Origin: Octopus sinensis
Lineage: Eukaryota
Assembly: GCF_006345805.1 (NCBI RefSeq)
Contig: NW_021833299.1
Coordinates: 1-64,000 of the forward strand
Length of the DNA stretch: 64,000 nt
Direction: 5' to 3'
Within the stretch, counting starts at the first letter, position 1; each line of letters begins with the position of its first letter. The position numbers and the translations under genes are program-made. The notes beneath the pieces are model-generated. The model searched no databases, was not told where the DNA came from, and saw only the letters and a program-made list of their open reading frames with translations. This document shows, in pieces, positions 39,229 to 52,105 of the stretch.

Positions 39229-40009
39229 GAATACATATAATCCTAAAGCCCACTTTTGCTCAATAATCATCGTAGAAATTGTTGTCGCTTATGTGTTCAA
39301 TCTCCACTGAGCAAATAACCGACACCATTATCTTGCTTCTCCATCACGTGAGGTGCCCAGTGCAAAGAACAACTGCTGCTGAATATACAACGAGGCAACC
39401 TGTCGTGAAAGAGGCGAAAAATCCTATAAACACCCAGTCCTCAACACATAACTTAAAATAATGAAAGCAACAGATGTCACTTTGACAGCACTACAACATG
39501 AGATAAGCATTAGAGGCATAAACACCTAATAAGTACTTTGAATCCCTGTCAAACTCTCTACACTTTCCCCCGTAAATCTGATGATTCGGACGTGTGATAT
39601 ACACACACGAAACTTTGAGTACTGTGGAGATGAGCGAAACTGTTGTTAAATACGTGTAACTCTAACCGAATGTGTTGAGTGCTAATTTCGTTTGTTCATT
39701 CACTCCTCAGTGTATGTGTATGTGTGTGTGTTTGCGTGTGTGTGTGCGTATGTGTGCTTACGTATTTGTGTATATGTGTGTTTATGCGAATGCATATAAA
39801 CGTATGTGCATGTACGTACGTGTTGTAAGTACAAGGAGTGCAGAACGAAATTTTAGAAAATCTGCACAATCGGAATCGCCGATGTTCAAAACATGAAATC
39901 CAAAGACTATTTTGGAAAAGGAAATAATAACAACTAAAGAAAATTTAAATATAATATTCAGGGTAGGGTGCCTGATGAATAAATAAATAATAAATATGGT
40001 AAACTATCA

Positions 40010-40071
40010 TGTGTGTGTGAATGTAAGTGTGTGCGCATGCGTATGTGTGTTTCCATGAACATATATACATG

Positions 40072-40114
<43 letters not shown>

Positions 40115-40145
40115 CACACTCAATATATATATATATGCTTATATG

Positions 40146-40187
<42 letters not shown>

Positions 40188-40675
40188 ATATGTATACATA
40201 TAAGCATATATATGTGTGTGTGTGTATGTTTGCATGCATATTTATAAATGTATATATATAAGCATATATGTATATGTGTGGGTGGGCGAATGTGTATATG
40301 CGTGCGTGCGTGTGTGGGCATATGTGTGAGTGTGTGTATGTACATATATGTACATGCATGTGGGTGTTCGTCCTGTATTTCTGAATAAAATGCAGACGCA
40401 CACTCTGACCATTAACTTCTATGTTGAGAAGTACATACATAAAGGTGGTGCTCCAGCATGGCCGCAGTCAAATGATCGAAACAATTGAAAAAGAATAAAA
40501 AGATTTTAAAAAAAGACTACATCGAATGCCTTCGAGGGTCCAGTTGAATAAAGCAGGAATCATAGGGATCCGTTGACAAAAATTATTGAGAACCACTTCA
40601 TGCGCACCCTTCCCCCAATCTTCGGGCTTTGTGTCTATATTACAAATAATATATCGCTCAGTGTGTGGGTGTATG

Positions 40676-40757
<82 letters not shown>

Positions 40758-41265
40758 CTATATATATATATATATATATAAATTATATATTTCACCATAT
40801 ATATACATATATAAATTAATAAATAAATAAAACATATGCATATATACATACATATATGTACGTACCTACCTCTACATGTATATATTCATGCATATATGGG
40901 TACAGGACACCAAAAAAAAAACGTCGAACACAATGAGAAACGAAAACATAAACACAAAACCAAGGAAATGGACATTTATTTTTAAACAACGAAAAAATAG
41001 AGTACAGGACATACAAAAGAAGTAAAATTCCCCTTCTTCAGTCGCCTTAGATTCATCTACTCCACGTTTCGAAGGTCAAGGCGATACATGACTTCAATGA
41101 AATTTTTCTTCCCGCGAAAATCAAATTAAATAAAATTTGAGATTTTTTTGCGGAGGGGTAAAAATGGTAACAAAAAACAGGACAGTAACGACAGTACAAA
41201 ATATAAACAGTAAAAGACAGGACACGGAGAATAACAGTAACACAAACAAGAAGGGCTGTTAAGCC

Positions 41266-41297
<32 letters not shown>

Positions 41298-41654
41298 CTG
41301 TGTCTACGTAGGAATGTATCTGTTTATATGTGTAATTGTGTATATCAATGTATGTGTGTGTTTGTGCCGACATGTGTTGATACATGTGGGCATATGAATA
41401 TACTATTGCGTGCGTGTATGTGTACATGTGTCGTGTGTATGGTTCTACATGTGTGTGCACATAGATGATGTAGATGTGTACACAGCTTTACAGCAATATG
41501 CCTGAATAAATAGAACTCGTACGCACATTCGAAGATGTATGCATATGCACGTGAGTTGTGTGTGTGTGAATGTGCATATATATGTATGCATAAAAATGGT
41601 AGCAAAAGGGGTGAACTGAAAGTAAATGCATGCGTATATATATACATACATACT

Positions 41655-41703
<49 letters not shown>

Positions 41704-41827
41704 TATATATATATATATATGTAATATACATATATATATATACATATATACATAGTGGGTTTTCTCTAATTATATATATATATATTATATTAATGCACAC
41801 GTATATATATATAGTGGTTTTTCTCTA

Positions 41828-41858
<31 letters not shown>

Positions 41859-41876
41859 CTCACAATTGCATATTTG

Positions 41877-41933
<57 letters not shown>

Positions 41934-41973
41934 CTTACATACATATATATGTTTTTGTGTGTGTATATATATG

Positions 41974-42020
<47 letters not shown>

Positions 42021-42079
42021 ATATATATTTGTATATATATATATGTCTGTATTTATATATATATATATATGTATGTATG

Positions 42080-42130
<51 letters not shown>

Positions 42131-42258
42131 ATGAACTTTAACAGTCCTGCACACATGCAGATGCATGATTGTGCATGTGTTGACGTGTGTGTGTGTGTGG
42201 GTGTAGGTACATAGCCTTCTACGCAGCAATAAAACACACACACACACACACACACACT
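40010..42258. repeat. (TA)n/(TG)n/(TACA)n microsatellite field with embedded insertions
   Basis: Direct reading. Confidence 0.9.
41030..41090 (-). ncRNA. Candidate non-circularly permuted hammerhead ribozyme
   Basis: Minus CATGT-A-TCGCCTT-GA-CCTTC-GAAA-CGTG-14nt-AAGGCGA-CTGAAGA-A-GGGG; intact CUGANGA, GAAA and GUA; all three stems pair. Confidence 0.6.
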
Positions 42259-42720
42259 TAGCTTACAGCTGCTTTCACAACGAATTTGTTTTCCAGCTGC
42301 ATCACATTAATGCAATCAAAGCAGAATGTGGGTGAGTAATGTCAATAAATGATGAGTTGGTTCTCTCTTCTACTTACCACGCGAGATAAGGGAGTGAGGG
42401 ATGGTGGAGGGGATCGTTAATCCTTGATTATTGATTTAACCATACCATTCTACTTCACGTTTATCTGATGTCGGCCAACGCTCTTCAGTGGTTTAGACCA
42501 TACCTGAAAAGAAAGGAAGAAAATGGATCGTCATCCGTGTGGTGAACGTTGGGCTTTGAAGGTAAAAAATCTTACTCGATGTCATAACACAAAGGTACCG
42601 ACACTTTCAAATGAAGTCCGAAATGGCAAAATAAAGCATAAAAACTCCCTAGAACAAAAACATAATAAAACGGGATGATCAGTTGTAGAAGCCGTTAATC
42701 ATAGGGTAGTCAGATCATTT

Positions 42721-42971
42721 CGGTTGACGGACAATTCGCCGAAACACAGTTGGTCTACAGACAATTGACCGACAGACATCTTACAGACAGGACAATTGTG
42801 TGGTATGGTGCAGAGTCCTGTTGTCAGGCATAGGGTGTTCCAGTAGCCACCCTCTTGACCCAGGACAGCACAACCTCCTCCAGGCACTTGATGTAGGCGT
42901 CCGTGTTGAGTCTGAGGTCGCGTGGGAATTGTCTGTCAGCGAATTGTCTGTCGACGAATTGTCTGCACGCG
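42721..42971. mobile_element. MITE-like element with inverted arrays of 15-bp subterminal repeats
   Basis: GACAATTCGCCGA-like repeats on the left, TCGACGAATTGTC-like on the right; GATCATT on both flanks. Confidence 0.55.
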
Positions 42972-43444
42972 GATCATTGCTGACCTATGTCACCACAAGG
43001 TCCAGTTCTTGTGGTGTATTGGATTCTTTGCCTCGATGATCTTGAGAACTATGGCAACGGAGTGCAAGTTCCTGGCAGGGCTTCCCATGCCGGACAATTC
43101 AGAGGCCAGATGCCAGATGCCAGATATCAGACTAATATGGACCACCTCTTCCCAGAGGTAAAAATAGATTTGTATAAGGCCAACATCCTATGGTTCATAG
43201 GAGCGAAAGACTTAATTAATTAAGCAAACCTATGGCTAAAAAGTAAGGAAGGCCCATTTTGTAATGTAGTCCAAGTTACACTATGTTCAGGGGTGTATAT
43301 TTCGGGTGGGCTAGGTGTGCGCTGCACACACATCGAAAATGGTAAATCCATTATAAATATTAACTTATTAATTTAATCCCAAATCAAAACGGAAAATTTT
43401 TGTTATGCCCCTGTTTGAAATTTGGTGGTGGGTGTCCTGAAATA

Positions 43445-44010
43445 TTGGGTTGTCCGGAAAGTTCGTGCCGATTTTTAAAGGAAATAAAAAGGTCAATAAA
43501 TACTTGCCCTTATATTTTTAATCAACCAAATATGAACCATTTTGTTGCACAATGCGTCTCCATCTTCCTTTTAACTTGAAAATACCCTCTTCCCAGAATT
43601 GAGGTGGTTTCATGGCAAAGAATTCATAAAGGTATCTTTTTACGTCATCCAAGGAATTGAAATTTTTACAATTAAGACTATTCTGCAGAGACCTGAATAA
43701 GTGGTAATCCAAAGGAGCAATATCTGGTGAATATGGAGGGTGGGGTAACACATCCCAGCCAAGCTGCAGCAATTTTTGTCTGGTTCCCAAAGCATCAAGT
43801 GCCGAAAATGAACTTTCTTATCTTCCATTTTAAAGGGTTACAGAATTAACACAGGTTATAGGAACATAAGCTATCTTCCACGAAAAGATAGCTTAAACTG
43901 TACTGTAAATGGAGGTGTAGTCAAATCCTATTTTATGGACTCAACCATGTTCTAAAATAAGACGAAAGGTAAGCTACTATAAATCGGCACGAACTTTCCG
44001 GACAACCCAG
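43445..44010 (-). mobile_element. Internally deleted mariner retaining the catalytic C-terminal part
   Basis: Same TIRs and TA flanks as 22128-22700; MEDKKVHFRHLML joined out of frame to WDVLPHPPYSPDIAPLDYHLFRSLQN (mariner YSPDLAP-D motif). Confidence 0.95.
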
Positions 44011-44254
44011 TAACACTGCATACATCACAGCAAATTGTATCCTAGTATGGTGCCGGGCATATCGTAAGATAATGTGGGAATAACATAAAATTAATGGCGA
44101 AGGATGTGCGACAGCTTTGACCGTACGGTTCGTTTTCGTGGCGAGAAGCTGCACGTTTAAATTAATTGAACATTCCTAAACTAAAACTAATGTTAGTCAT
44201 AGTATAGTTAGTGTGGTGGCACACCCAATCATACCAACTGCTATACGCCACTGG

Positions 44255-44865
44255 TTATGTCTGAATAAAAAGGAGTACTGAGTTACCGCTAAGCAACGTT
44301 TCTTAATAATTCTGTAAAATTTGGGTTGACCGTAGTCTAAATAACAGTTAACAAAGAATAACACATTATGACTGAATGAAAAAAAGAAGCAGATAGTTAC
44401 AACTAGATCGCACTTGTTCATAGTTCTGCAAGATTTGGGTTTATCGTAGTCTAAATAACAGTTATTAAAGAACAACACATTGGATGGCTTAGTAGTTAGG
44501 GTGTCAGATCATGATCGTAAGATTGTAGTTTCGATTCCTGGACCGGGCGACGCGTTGTGTTCTTGAGCAAAGCACTTCATTTCACGTTGCTCTAGTCCAC
44601 TCAGCTGGCAAAAATGAGTAACGCTGCGATCGACTGGCGTCTCGTCCAGCTGGGGAAGACATACGCCATAGAAACCGGGAAACCGGGCCCATGAGCCTGG
44701 CTAGGCTTGAAAAGGGCGCATTTATTATTATTTTTTTTTAGATACATTATGCTTGAATGAAAAAGGAGCGGGTAGTTACAGACAGACCGCACTTGTTCAT
44801 AGTTCTGCAAGATTTGGGTTGATCGTGGTGTAAATAACAGTTAGCAAAGAATATCACATTGGATA
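44255..44865. repeat. Three diverged ~115-bp tandem units, with a SINE between units 2 and 3
   Basis: ATTTGGGTT..CGT..TAAATAACAGTTA..AAAGAA..ACACATT three times. Confidence 0.8.
44485..44738 (+). mobile_element. SINE (B head + V-like tail)
   Basis: Near-identical to 5739-5998. Confidence 0.9.
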
Positions 44866-45237
44866 ATGTAGTCCTAGATGCACTATTCCTTAGAAAGAAA
44901 AGAAACAAGGACAAGAGGGTCACATCTTGACCTGCTTTCATAATATTGTATATCTGTTCAATTGGGGCTGATTTGGAACATAAACACTACCATCATCACC
45001 ACCACCACCACCACCACCACCACTACTACCACTACTACCACCACCAACAGCAGACAACAACGACAACAGCATGAACAACAGCAGCAATAAGAAATAGGAG
45101 AAACAACGGCGTCAGTGGTGATGAAATTCCGACAATGGGTTTCAATCTACGGTTCCATGAGTTTGGCAGCGGAACCTGTCAGCAGATAACCATTCCCCTT
45201 CATCCTGTCAATCTTTATCTTCTTATTTACAGTATAC

Positions 45238-45670
45238 TCCTCTTCATCTTCTTCCTCTCCCACTTTCTTCTTCTTCTTCTTCATCTTCTTCCTCTCCCAC
45301 TTTCTTCTTCTTCTTCTTCTCTTCTTCGTCTTCTTCTTCGTCTCTTCTTTTCTTCTCTTCTTCTCTTCTTCCTTTCTTCTTCTTCTTTCTCTATTCTCTT
45401 CTTCTTCTTCTTTTCTTCTTCTTTTCTTCTTCTTTCTTTTTCTCTCTTCTTCTTCTCTTCTTCTCTTCTCCTTCTTCTTCTTCTTCTCCTTCTTCTTCTT
45501 CTTCTTCTTCTTCTCCTTCTTCTTCTTCTAGCCTCCCCTCCTTCTCCTCCTCCACTTCCTCCTCCTCCACCACCTCCTCCTTCCTTCCAATCTTCCTTCC
45601 TTCCTTCCTTCCTTCCTTCCTTCCTTCCTTCCTTCCTTCCTTCCTTCCTTCCCTCCATCCTTCCTCCCTT
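45238..45670. repeat. (CTT)n/(CCTT)n polypyrimidine tract
   Basis: Direct reading. Confidence 0.95.
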
Positions 45671-46699
45671 CGTCTCGCTCATATAACAACGCTACTTAGG
45701 TTAGTAAGGCTTGATTGATACCTAAACCAGGACTTATCAGCCATTCACGTAAGATTACAGCTAATCAGCGGCTTAACTCAAAACTTTCGCCAAACGAATT
45801 CATTTCACTACGGCCGTTTCTTCCCCCTCTCCTCTCTCTCTCTCTCTCGCCCCCTCTCTCTCGCTCTCTCTATCTCCCCCTCTCTCTCTTACGTTTTTCG
45901 TGATGTACCGAATATATAGACATATTTATGTATTAGTTAGATATCGAATCTAGTAACTAACGTTGCAATGATATAATCATATTATCATAGCGTTTGATGT
46001 GAGACGACGACGATGGCGGCGGCGGTGGGCGGTGGTCGGTGGCGTTGGCGTTGGCGTGGCGGTCGGAGCTGGTTTTGAAGATGTAGTTGATTTTGATTTT
46101 TTTACCAAAAACCAGCGGAACAAAACCAAACATGGATTTATTTTATTGTATGGGTTGGTTTTTTTTTCTCTGATTTTCTGTTTTATTTTTGTTGTTGTTG
46201 TTGCTGTTGTTGTTTTGAGTTTTCTTTTTTTTCTTCGTTCCGCCATCTGATTCGACATTTTTCGTTCCTTTTCGTTTCAGTGGAATACACATCCCTCCCC
46301 CCTCCACACTCACTCACTCCCCCGACCCACCCACCCACATGTTATATATATGTCTAGATATCTATGTTATACACACGCGCATACATACACATGACATATA
46401 TACACATACATACACATGCTATACACAGACACAGATACACACACACACTCACACTCACACGCACACATACATACACATGTAAATATGTGTGAATATTTAC
46501 AACTATATACATGTTTGTATATATATATATATGCGTGTGTGTATGTATGTATATATATATATATATATGCATGTATATATATATATGTATGTTTATATAT
46601 GTATATATGTATATATATATTTTATAAATATATATATATGTATGTATATATATACATACGGATATACATGCATTTACATTATGCATACATAGGATATAT

Positions 46700-46746
<47 letters not shown>

Positions 46747-47373
46747 TATATTTATATTTATAATTTTTATTTATATGTTTCTTATATTCTGCTGCTGGTT
46801 ATAATCACTGGACTACGGTCATGTGCGGGCACCACGTTCAAAGATTTTAAACAATCAGATCGACCCCCAGAACTGTTTCACTATCATAGTTATCCTATCC
46901 TTCCTTAACGAATCACTAAGCTATACTATACAAAAGGAGACACAAAGCCGGGTTCCACCTGCATGCATAACCACACACTGATGGACAAATGCAAACAACA
47001 AACACACACACACACACACACGTTATCCTTTGTGCTGGGGCCCAGAACGATTTTCTTTGTGAAATGAACTTATCACCAAATCTATACCCGTGCCTTTGTA
47101 TGTAGGTACATTTTCTTTTTCTCTTTTCAATTCAGAAGTTAATTTCGACTAGCTTGCTGCTTAGTAGCAAGATTGTGGAAGAAAGCATCTTCTTTGGTTC
47201 ATCATCCCTTAAATATTAAGAAGGTCTTGCAGTTCTTTATAGTCCCAGATATCGCGATCATTTCTAACGTTTTGCATTCTTTCTCAAAGAACCCCAAGTT
47301 CAGCCATACCTTGCTCAAGTTCCTGCCCTGTTCCTTCAATAATAATGTAAAACTGAAAGTATATCACAGCAGT

Positions 47374-47679
47374 GTGGAGGCACATGGCCTAGTGGTTAGA
47401 GCAATGGACTCGCGGTCGAGGGAACGTCTGTTCGAATCTCAGACCGGGCGATGTGTGTGTTTATGAGCGAAACTCCTAAGCTCCACGCGGCTCCGGCAGA
47501 AGGTAATGGCGAACTTCTGCTGATTCTTTCGCCACAACTTTCTCTCACTCTTTCCTCCTGCATCTTGAAGCTCACCTGCGACGGACCGGCGTCGCGTCCA
47601 GGTGGGGAACCTATACGCCAAGGAAACCGGGAAAACCGGCCCTAATGAGCCAGGCATGGCTTGAGAAGGAACAAAACAA
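47374..47679 (+). mobile_element. SINE family C
   Basis: Sister of 29751-30069; ATATCAC(A/G)G(C/T)AGT on both flanks. Confidence 0.9.
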
Positions 47680-47744
47680 ATATCACGGTAGTGGATTTGC
47701 AAACTATTTATCATTCATAGACGTTTTCTTTCTCCAATATATGG

Positions 47745-48162
47745 CTGCGTTCATGCTGGAGCACCGCCTTTAGTCGAGCAAATCGACCCCTGGACTTATT
47801 ATTTGTAAGCCAAGTACTTATTCTATCGGTCTCTTTTGCCGAACCGTTAAGTTACGGAGACGTAAATACATCCCCATCGGTTGCCAAGTGATGTTGGAGG
47901 GGGGACAAACAGACACACAAACGCACACACACACACACACAACACACACACACACACACACATATAAATATATACATATACATATATACATATACATATA
48001 TGCGACGGGTTTCTTTCAGTTTCTGTCTACCAAATCCACTCACAAGGCTTTGGTCGGCTCGAGGCTATAGTAGAAAACACTTGCTCAAGTTGCCACGCAG
48101 TGGGACTGAACCCGGAACCATGTGGCTGGTAAGCAAGCAACTTACCACACAGCCACTCCTGT
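47745..48162 (-). mobile_element. SINE family A
   Basis: Same layout as other A copies. Confidence 0.85.
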
Positions 48163-48786
48163 AGCTATTTGTTTATTATTTATTTATTCATTATGTATAT
48201 ATTTATTTATGTATGTGTGTATGTGTGTCCATGTATACATGTTCTCCTTGGTATCACATGTAAATGCAACCAGTGGGGAGTTTTCGATTTAGGAGTTCTT
48301 GAGTTGTGGGAGAGCGCGGAGTCACCCGTCAATTACCAGTATTCCCAGGAGCGTTCTGACTCGTAATAGTAGTATCTACGGGTTAAATAGAGTTCCCAGA
48401 GGTAGTGGAGGTTCTCGTCATTTTTGAAAAACCCGGGGCGGAGGTAGTTCTTGCCCTAGAAAAATCCTCTGGCAGAAGCAACCTCTCAATCAAATTAGTA
48501 TCAGTCATCTTTGAATGCTTATTGCAAGATGACTAGAACTTGCTATGTCCTCCGACAAAGTGGTAAAAGTGTTGTACAAGCTTTCGTCACTTAAATGCAA
48601 TGATTTCAACCGCTTTGTATATCACAAAGTTTTATGGCGATGGTGCATGGCGACATGCAAAGTCATATCCGCGCACATGAAACTATGAAAAGTAACGAGA
48701 AAAATTAGGATCAATGTGAGAAGATGAGGCAATCATTATGTATTTATGTATGTCTTGTTCGGTTTTATTTCAAGATTTCTTGCAAT

Positions 48787-49180
48787 AGGAGTGGCTGTGT
48801 GGTAAGTAGCTTGCTAACCAACCATATGGTTCCGGGTTCAGTCCCACTGCGTGGCATCTTGGGCAAGTGTCTTCTGCTATAGCCTCGGGCCGACCAATGC
48901 CTTGTGAGTGGATTTGGTAGACGGAAACTGAAAGAAGCCTGTCGTATATATGTATATATATAATATGTGTGTGTATGTTTGTGTGTGTGTGTTTGTCCCC
49001 CTAGCATTGCTTGACAACCGATGGTGGTGTGTTTATGTCACTTAGCAGTTCGGCAAAAAGAGACCGATAGAATAAGTACTGGGCTTACAAGGAATAAGTC
49101 CCGGGGTCAATTTGCTCGACCAAAGGCGGTGCTCCAGCATGGCCGCAGTCAAATGACTGAAACAAGTAAAAGAATAGAGA
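48787..49180 (+). mobile_element. SINE family A
   Basis: AGGAGTGGCTGTGTGGTAAG..GACTGAAACAAGTAAAAGAATA. Confidence 0.9.
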
Positions 49181-49641
49181 AAGAGCCGGTTTCTAACCTA
49201 GATTCAAGTTATTGAACAAAGTCAAGGAAATGGAGTCGGCTGGTTGGTTGGTTTGTCGGTTGGCTGGCTGGTTGGCTGGTTTGGTCGGTGGGTCGGCTAT
49301 AGTAGAACACACTTGCCGATGATCCTACGCCATGGGACTGAACGTAGAACCATGTGGTTGGGAAGCAATCTTCTTACCACACGACTACGCCTGAACCGAT
49401 GGCAGACAGATCTTAAAGCAATCTTACATGGACCTCCAACTGTCAAATTTACTTCTGTTGGGAACCACTGATTTGGGCCCTTGTAAATCCAATATTAAAA
49501 TTGACTTCGATATGAATCGAATCTTCGTTATATCTCAGAGGCAATATGTCTGAAATAAAAAAAGAAAAAAATGAAAATAAAAGAACGGAGAAATGGCTGC
49601 AGAAAAAAAGAATTGTTTGGTTTGGGCAGACGTCGGAGGTA

Positions 49642-50487
49642 AACACCGCCACCACCACCACCACCACCACAACCACAACCATTACCACCACCATCAACAC
49701 TACAACCACTACCATGACCACCACCACAACTACAACAATTGCCATCACCATCACCACTACTATCTCAAACGCCACCATCACCACCAGCACAACTACCAAC
49801 ACTACCATGACCACCACCACAACAATTACCAATACTACCACCATTACCACTACTATCTCAAACACCACCACCACCAGTACTACTACCATCACTACCATGA
49901 CCACCACCACTACTACAACCATTACCACCACCATCACCACTACTATCTCAAACACCACCACCACCAGCACTACTACCATCACTACCATGACCACCACCAC
50001 AACTACAACCATTACCACCACCATCACCACTACTATCTCAAACACCACCACCACCAGCACTACTACCACCACTACCATGACCACCACCACAACTACAACC
50101 ATTACCACCACCATCACCACTACTATCTCAAACACCACCACCACCAGCACTACTACCACCACTACCATGACCACCACCACAACTACAACCATCACCACTA
50201 CTATCTCAAACACCACCACCACCAGTACTACTACCATGACCACCACCTCAACAACAACCATTACCACCACCATCACCACTACTATCTCAAACACCACCAC
50301 CACCACCACCAGCACTACTACCACCACTAACATGACCACCACCACAACTACAACCATTGCCACCACCATCACCATTACTATCTCAAACACCACCATCACC
50401 AGCACTACTACCGCCACTACCATGACCACCACCACAACTACAACCATTACCACCACCATCACCACTACTATCTCAAACAACACCACC

Positions 50488-50519
<32 letters not shown>

Positions 50520-50522
50520 CAA
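49642..50522. repeat. 90-bp higher-order minisatellite built from (ACN)n triplets, about 9 units
   Basis: ACTATCTCAAAC recurs at about 90-bp spacing (e.g. 49852, 49942, 50032, 50122). Confidence 0.9.
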
Positions 50523-50939
50523 CCTTCATTGTATTGCAGCAGGTAAAAGAGAAGAGATGTCAGCAATATCGAAGACCCCCACCCCACCCCACCTCCGACC
50601 CCAGCACCAGAGATTGAGGCTTACGAAAGACCCTGTATTCAATTTTAAGTGAGAAGTCTTCTTCTTCCCGACATGTTGCTGCTATTTCACAATGCCTCTG
50701 CCATACACACTCGAACAACGCCTGGTTCCTAATTCTAGAGAAAATCGCTCGTATTAAATATATTTTGTTGCTGTTGTTATTGTTGTTGTGGTTGTTTGTT
50801 GTTGTTGTTGTTGTTGTTGTGCTGTTGTCCAACCCTCATGAAAGCCTAATCGAACAGGTTAATCGAAAGCCTAATCGAAGACATCCAGTGACATTTATAT
50901 AAGAATAACAGCAAACACAAGAGTTGGTTGACAGGCTAG

Positions 50940-52105
50940 TTGGCTGGTAGGCTGGTTTGTCGGTTGGTCATTGGCAGGCTGGTTGGCTGGTTTGTCGGTT
51001 GGTCATGGGCAGGCTGGTTGGCTGGTTTGTCGGTTGGTCATGGCAGGCTGGTTGGCTGGTTTTGTGGTTGGTCATGGCAGGCTGGTTGGCTGGTTTGTCG
51101 GTTGGTCATGGGCAGGCTGGTTGGCTGGTTTGTCGGTTGGTCATGGGCAGGCTGGTTGGCTGGTTTGTCGGTTGGTCATGGGCAGGCTGGTTGGCTGGTT
51201 TGTCGGTTGGTCATGGGCAGGCTGGTTGGCTGGTTTCTCGGTTGGTCATGGGCAGGCTGGTTGGCTGGTTTGTCGGTTGGTCATGGGCAGGCTGGTTGGC
51301 TGGTTTGTCGGTTGGTCATGGGCAGGCTGGTTGGCTGGTTTGTCGGTTGGTCATGGGCAGGCTGGTTGGCTGGTTTGTCGGTTGGTCATTGGCAGGCTGG
51401 TTGGCTGGTTTGTCGGTTGGTCATGGGCAGGCTGGTTGGCTGGTTTGTCGGTTGGTCATGGGCAGGCTGGTTGGCTGGTTTGTCGGTTGGTCATGGGTTG
51501 GCTGGTTGGCTGGTTTGTCGGTTGGTCATGGGCAGGCTGGTTGGCTGGTTTGTCGGTTGGTCATGGGCAGGCTGGTTGGCTGGTTTGTCGGTTGGTCATG
51601 GGTTGGCAGGTTGGTTGGTTTGTCGGTTGGTTGGTTTGTCGGTTGGTTGGTTTGTCGGTTGGTTGGTTTGTCGGTTGGCTGGTTTGTCGGTTGGTCATGG
51701 GTTGGCAGGTCGGTTGGTTTGTCGGTTGGTCATGGGTTGGCTGGTTGGTTGGTTTGTCGGTTGGTGATGGGTTGGCTGGTTGGTTGGTTTGTCGGTGGTC
51801 ATGGGTTGGCTGGTTGGCTGGTTTGTCGGTTGGTCATGGGTTGGCTGGTTGGCTGGTTTGTCGGTTGGTCATGGGTTGGCTGGTTGGTTGGTTTGTCGGT
51901 TGGCCATGGGTTGGCTGGTTGGCTGGTTTGTCGGTTGGTCATGGGTTGGCAGGTTGGTTGGTTTGTCGGTTGGTCATAGGCAGGCTGGTTGGCTGGTTTG
52001 TCGGTTGGTGATGGGTTGGCTGGTCGGTTTGTTAGCTGGTTGGTTGGTTGGTTTGTCGGTTGGTTGGCTGGTTGGTAGGTTGGTCGAGTTTGTCGGTGGG
52101 TCGGT
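50940..52105. repeat. 35-bp GT-rich minisatellite, about 30 copies
   Basis: Unit GGCAGGCTGGTTGGCTGGTTTGTCGGTTGGTCATG (e.g. 51181, 51216). Confidence 0.95.

Noticed and set aside
43288-43413. CAGGGGTGTA..TATGCCCCTG hAT-like MITE
   Set aside because: Only an 8/10 short TIR and no TSD
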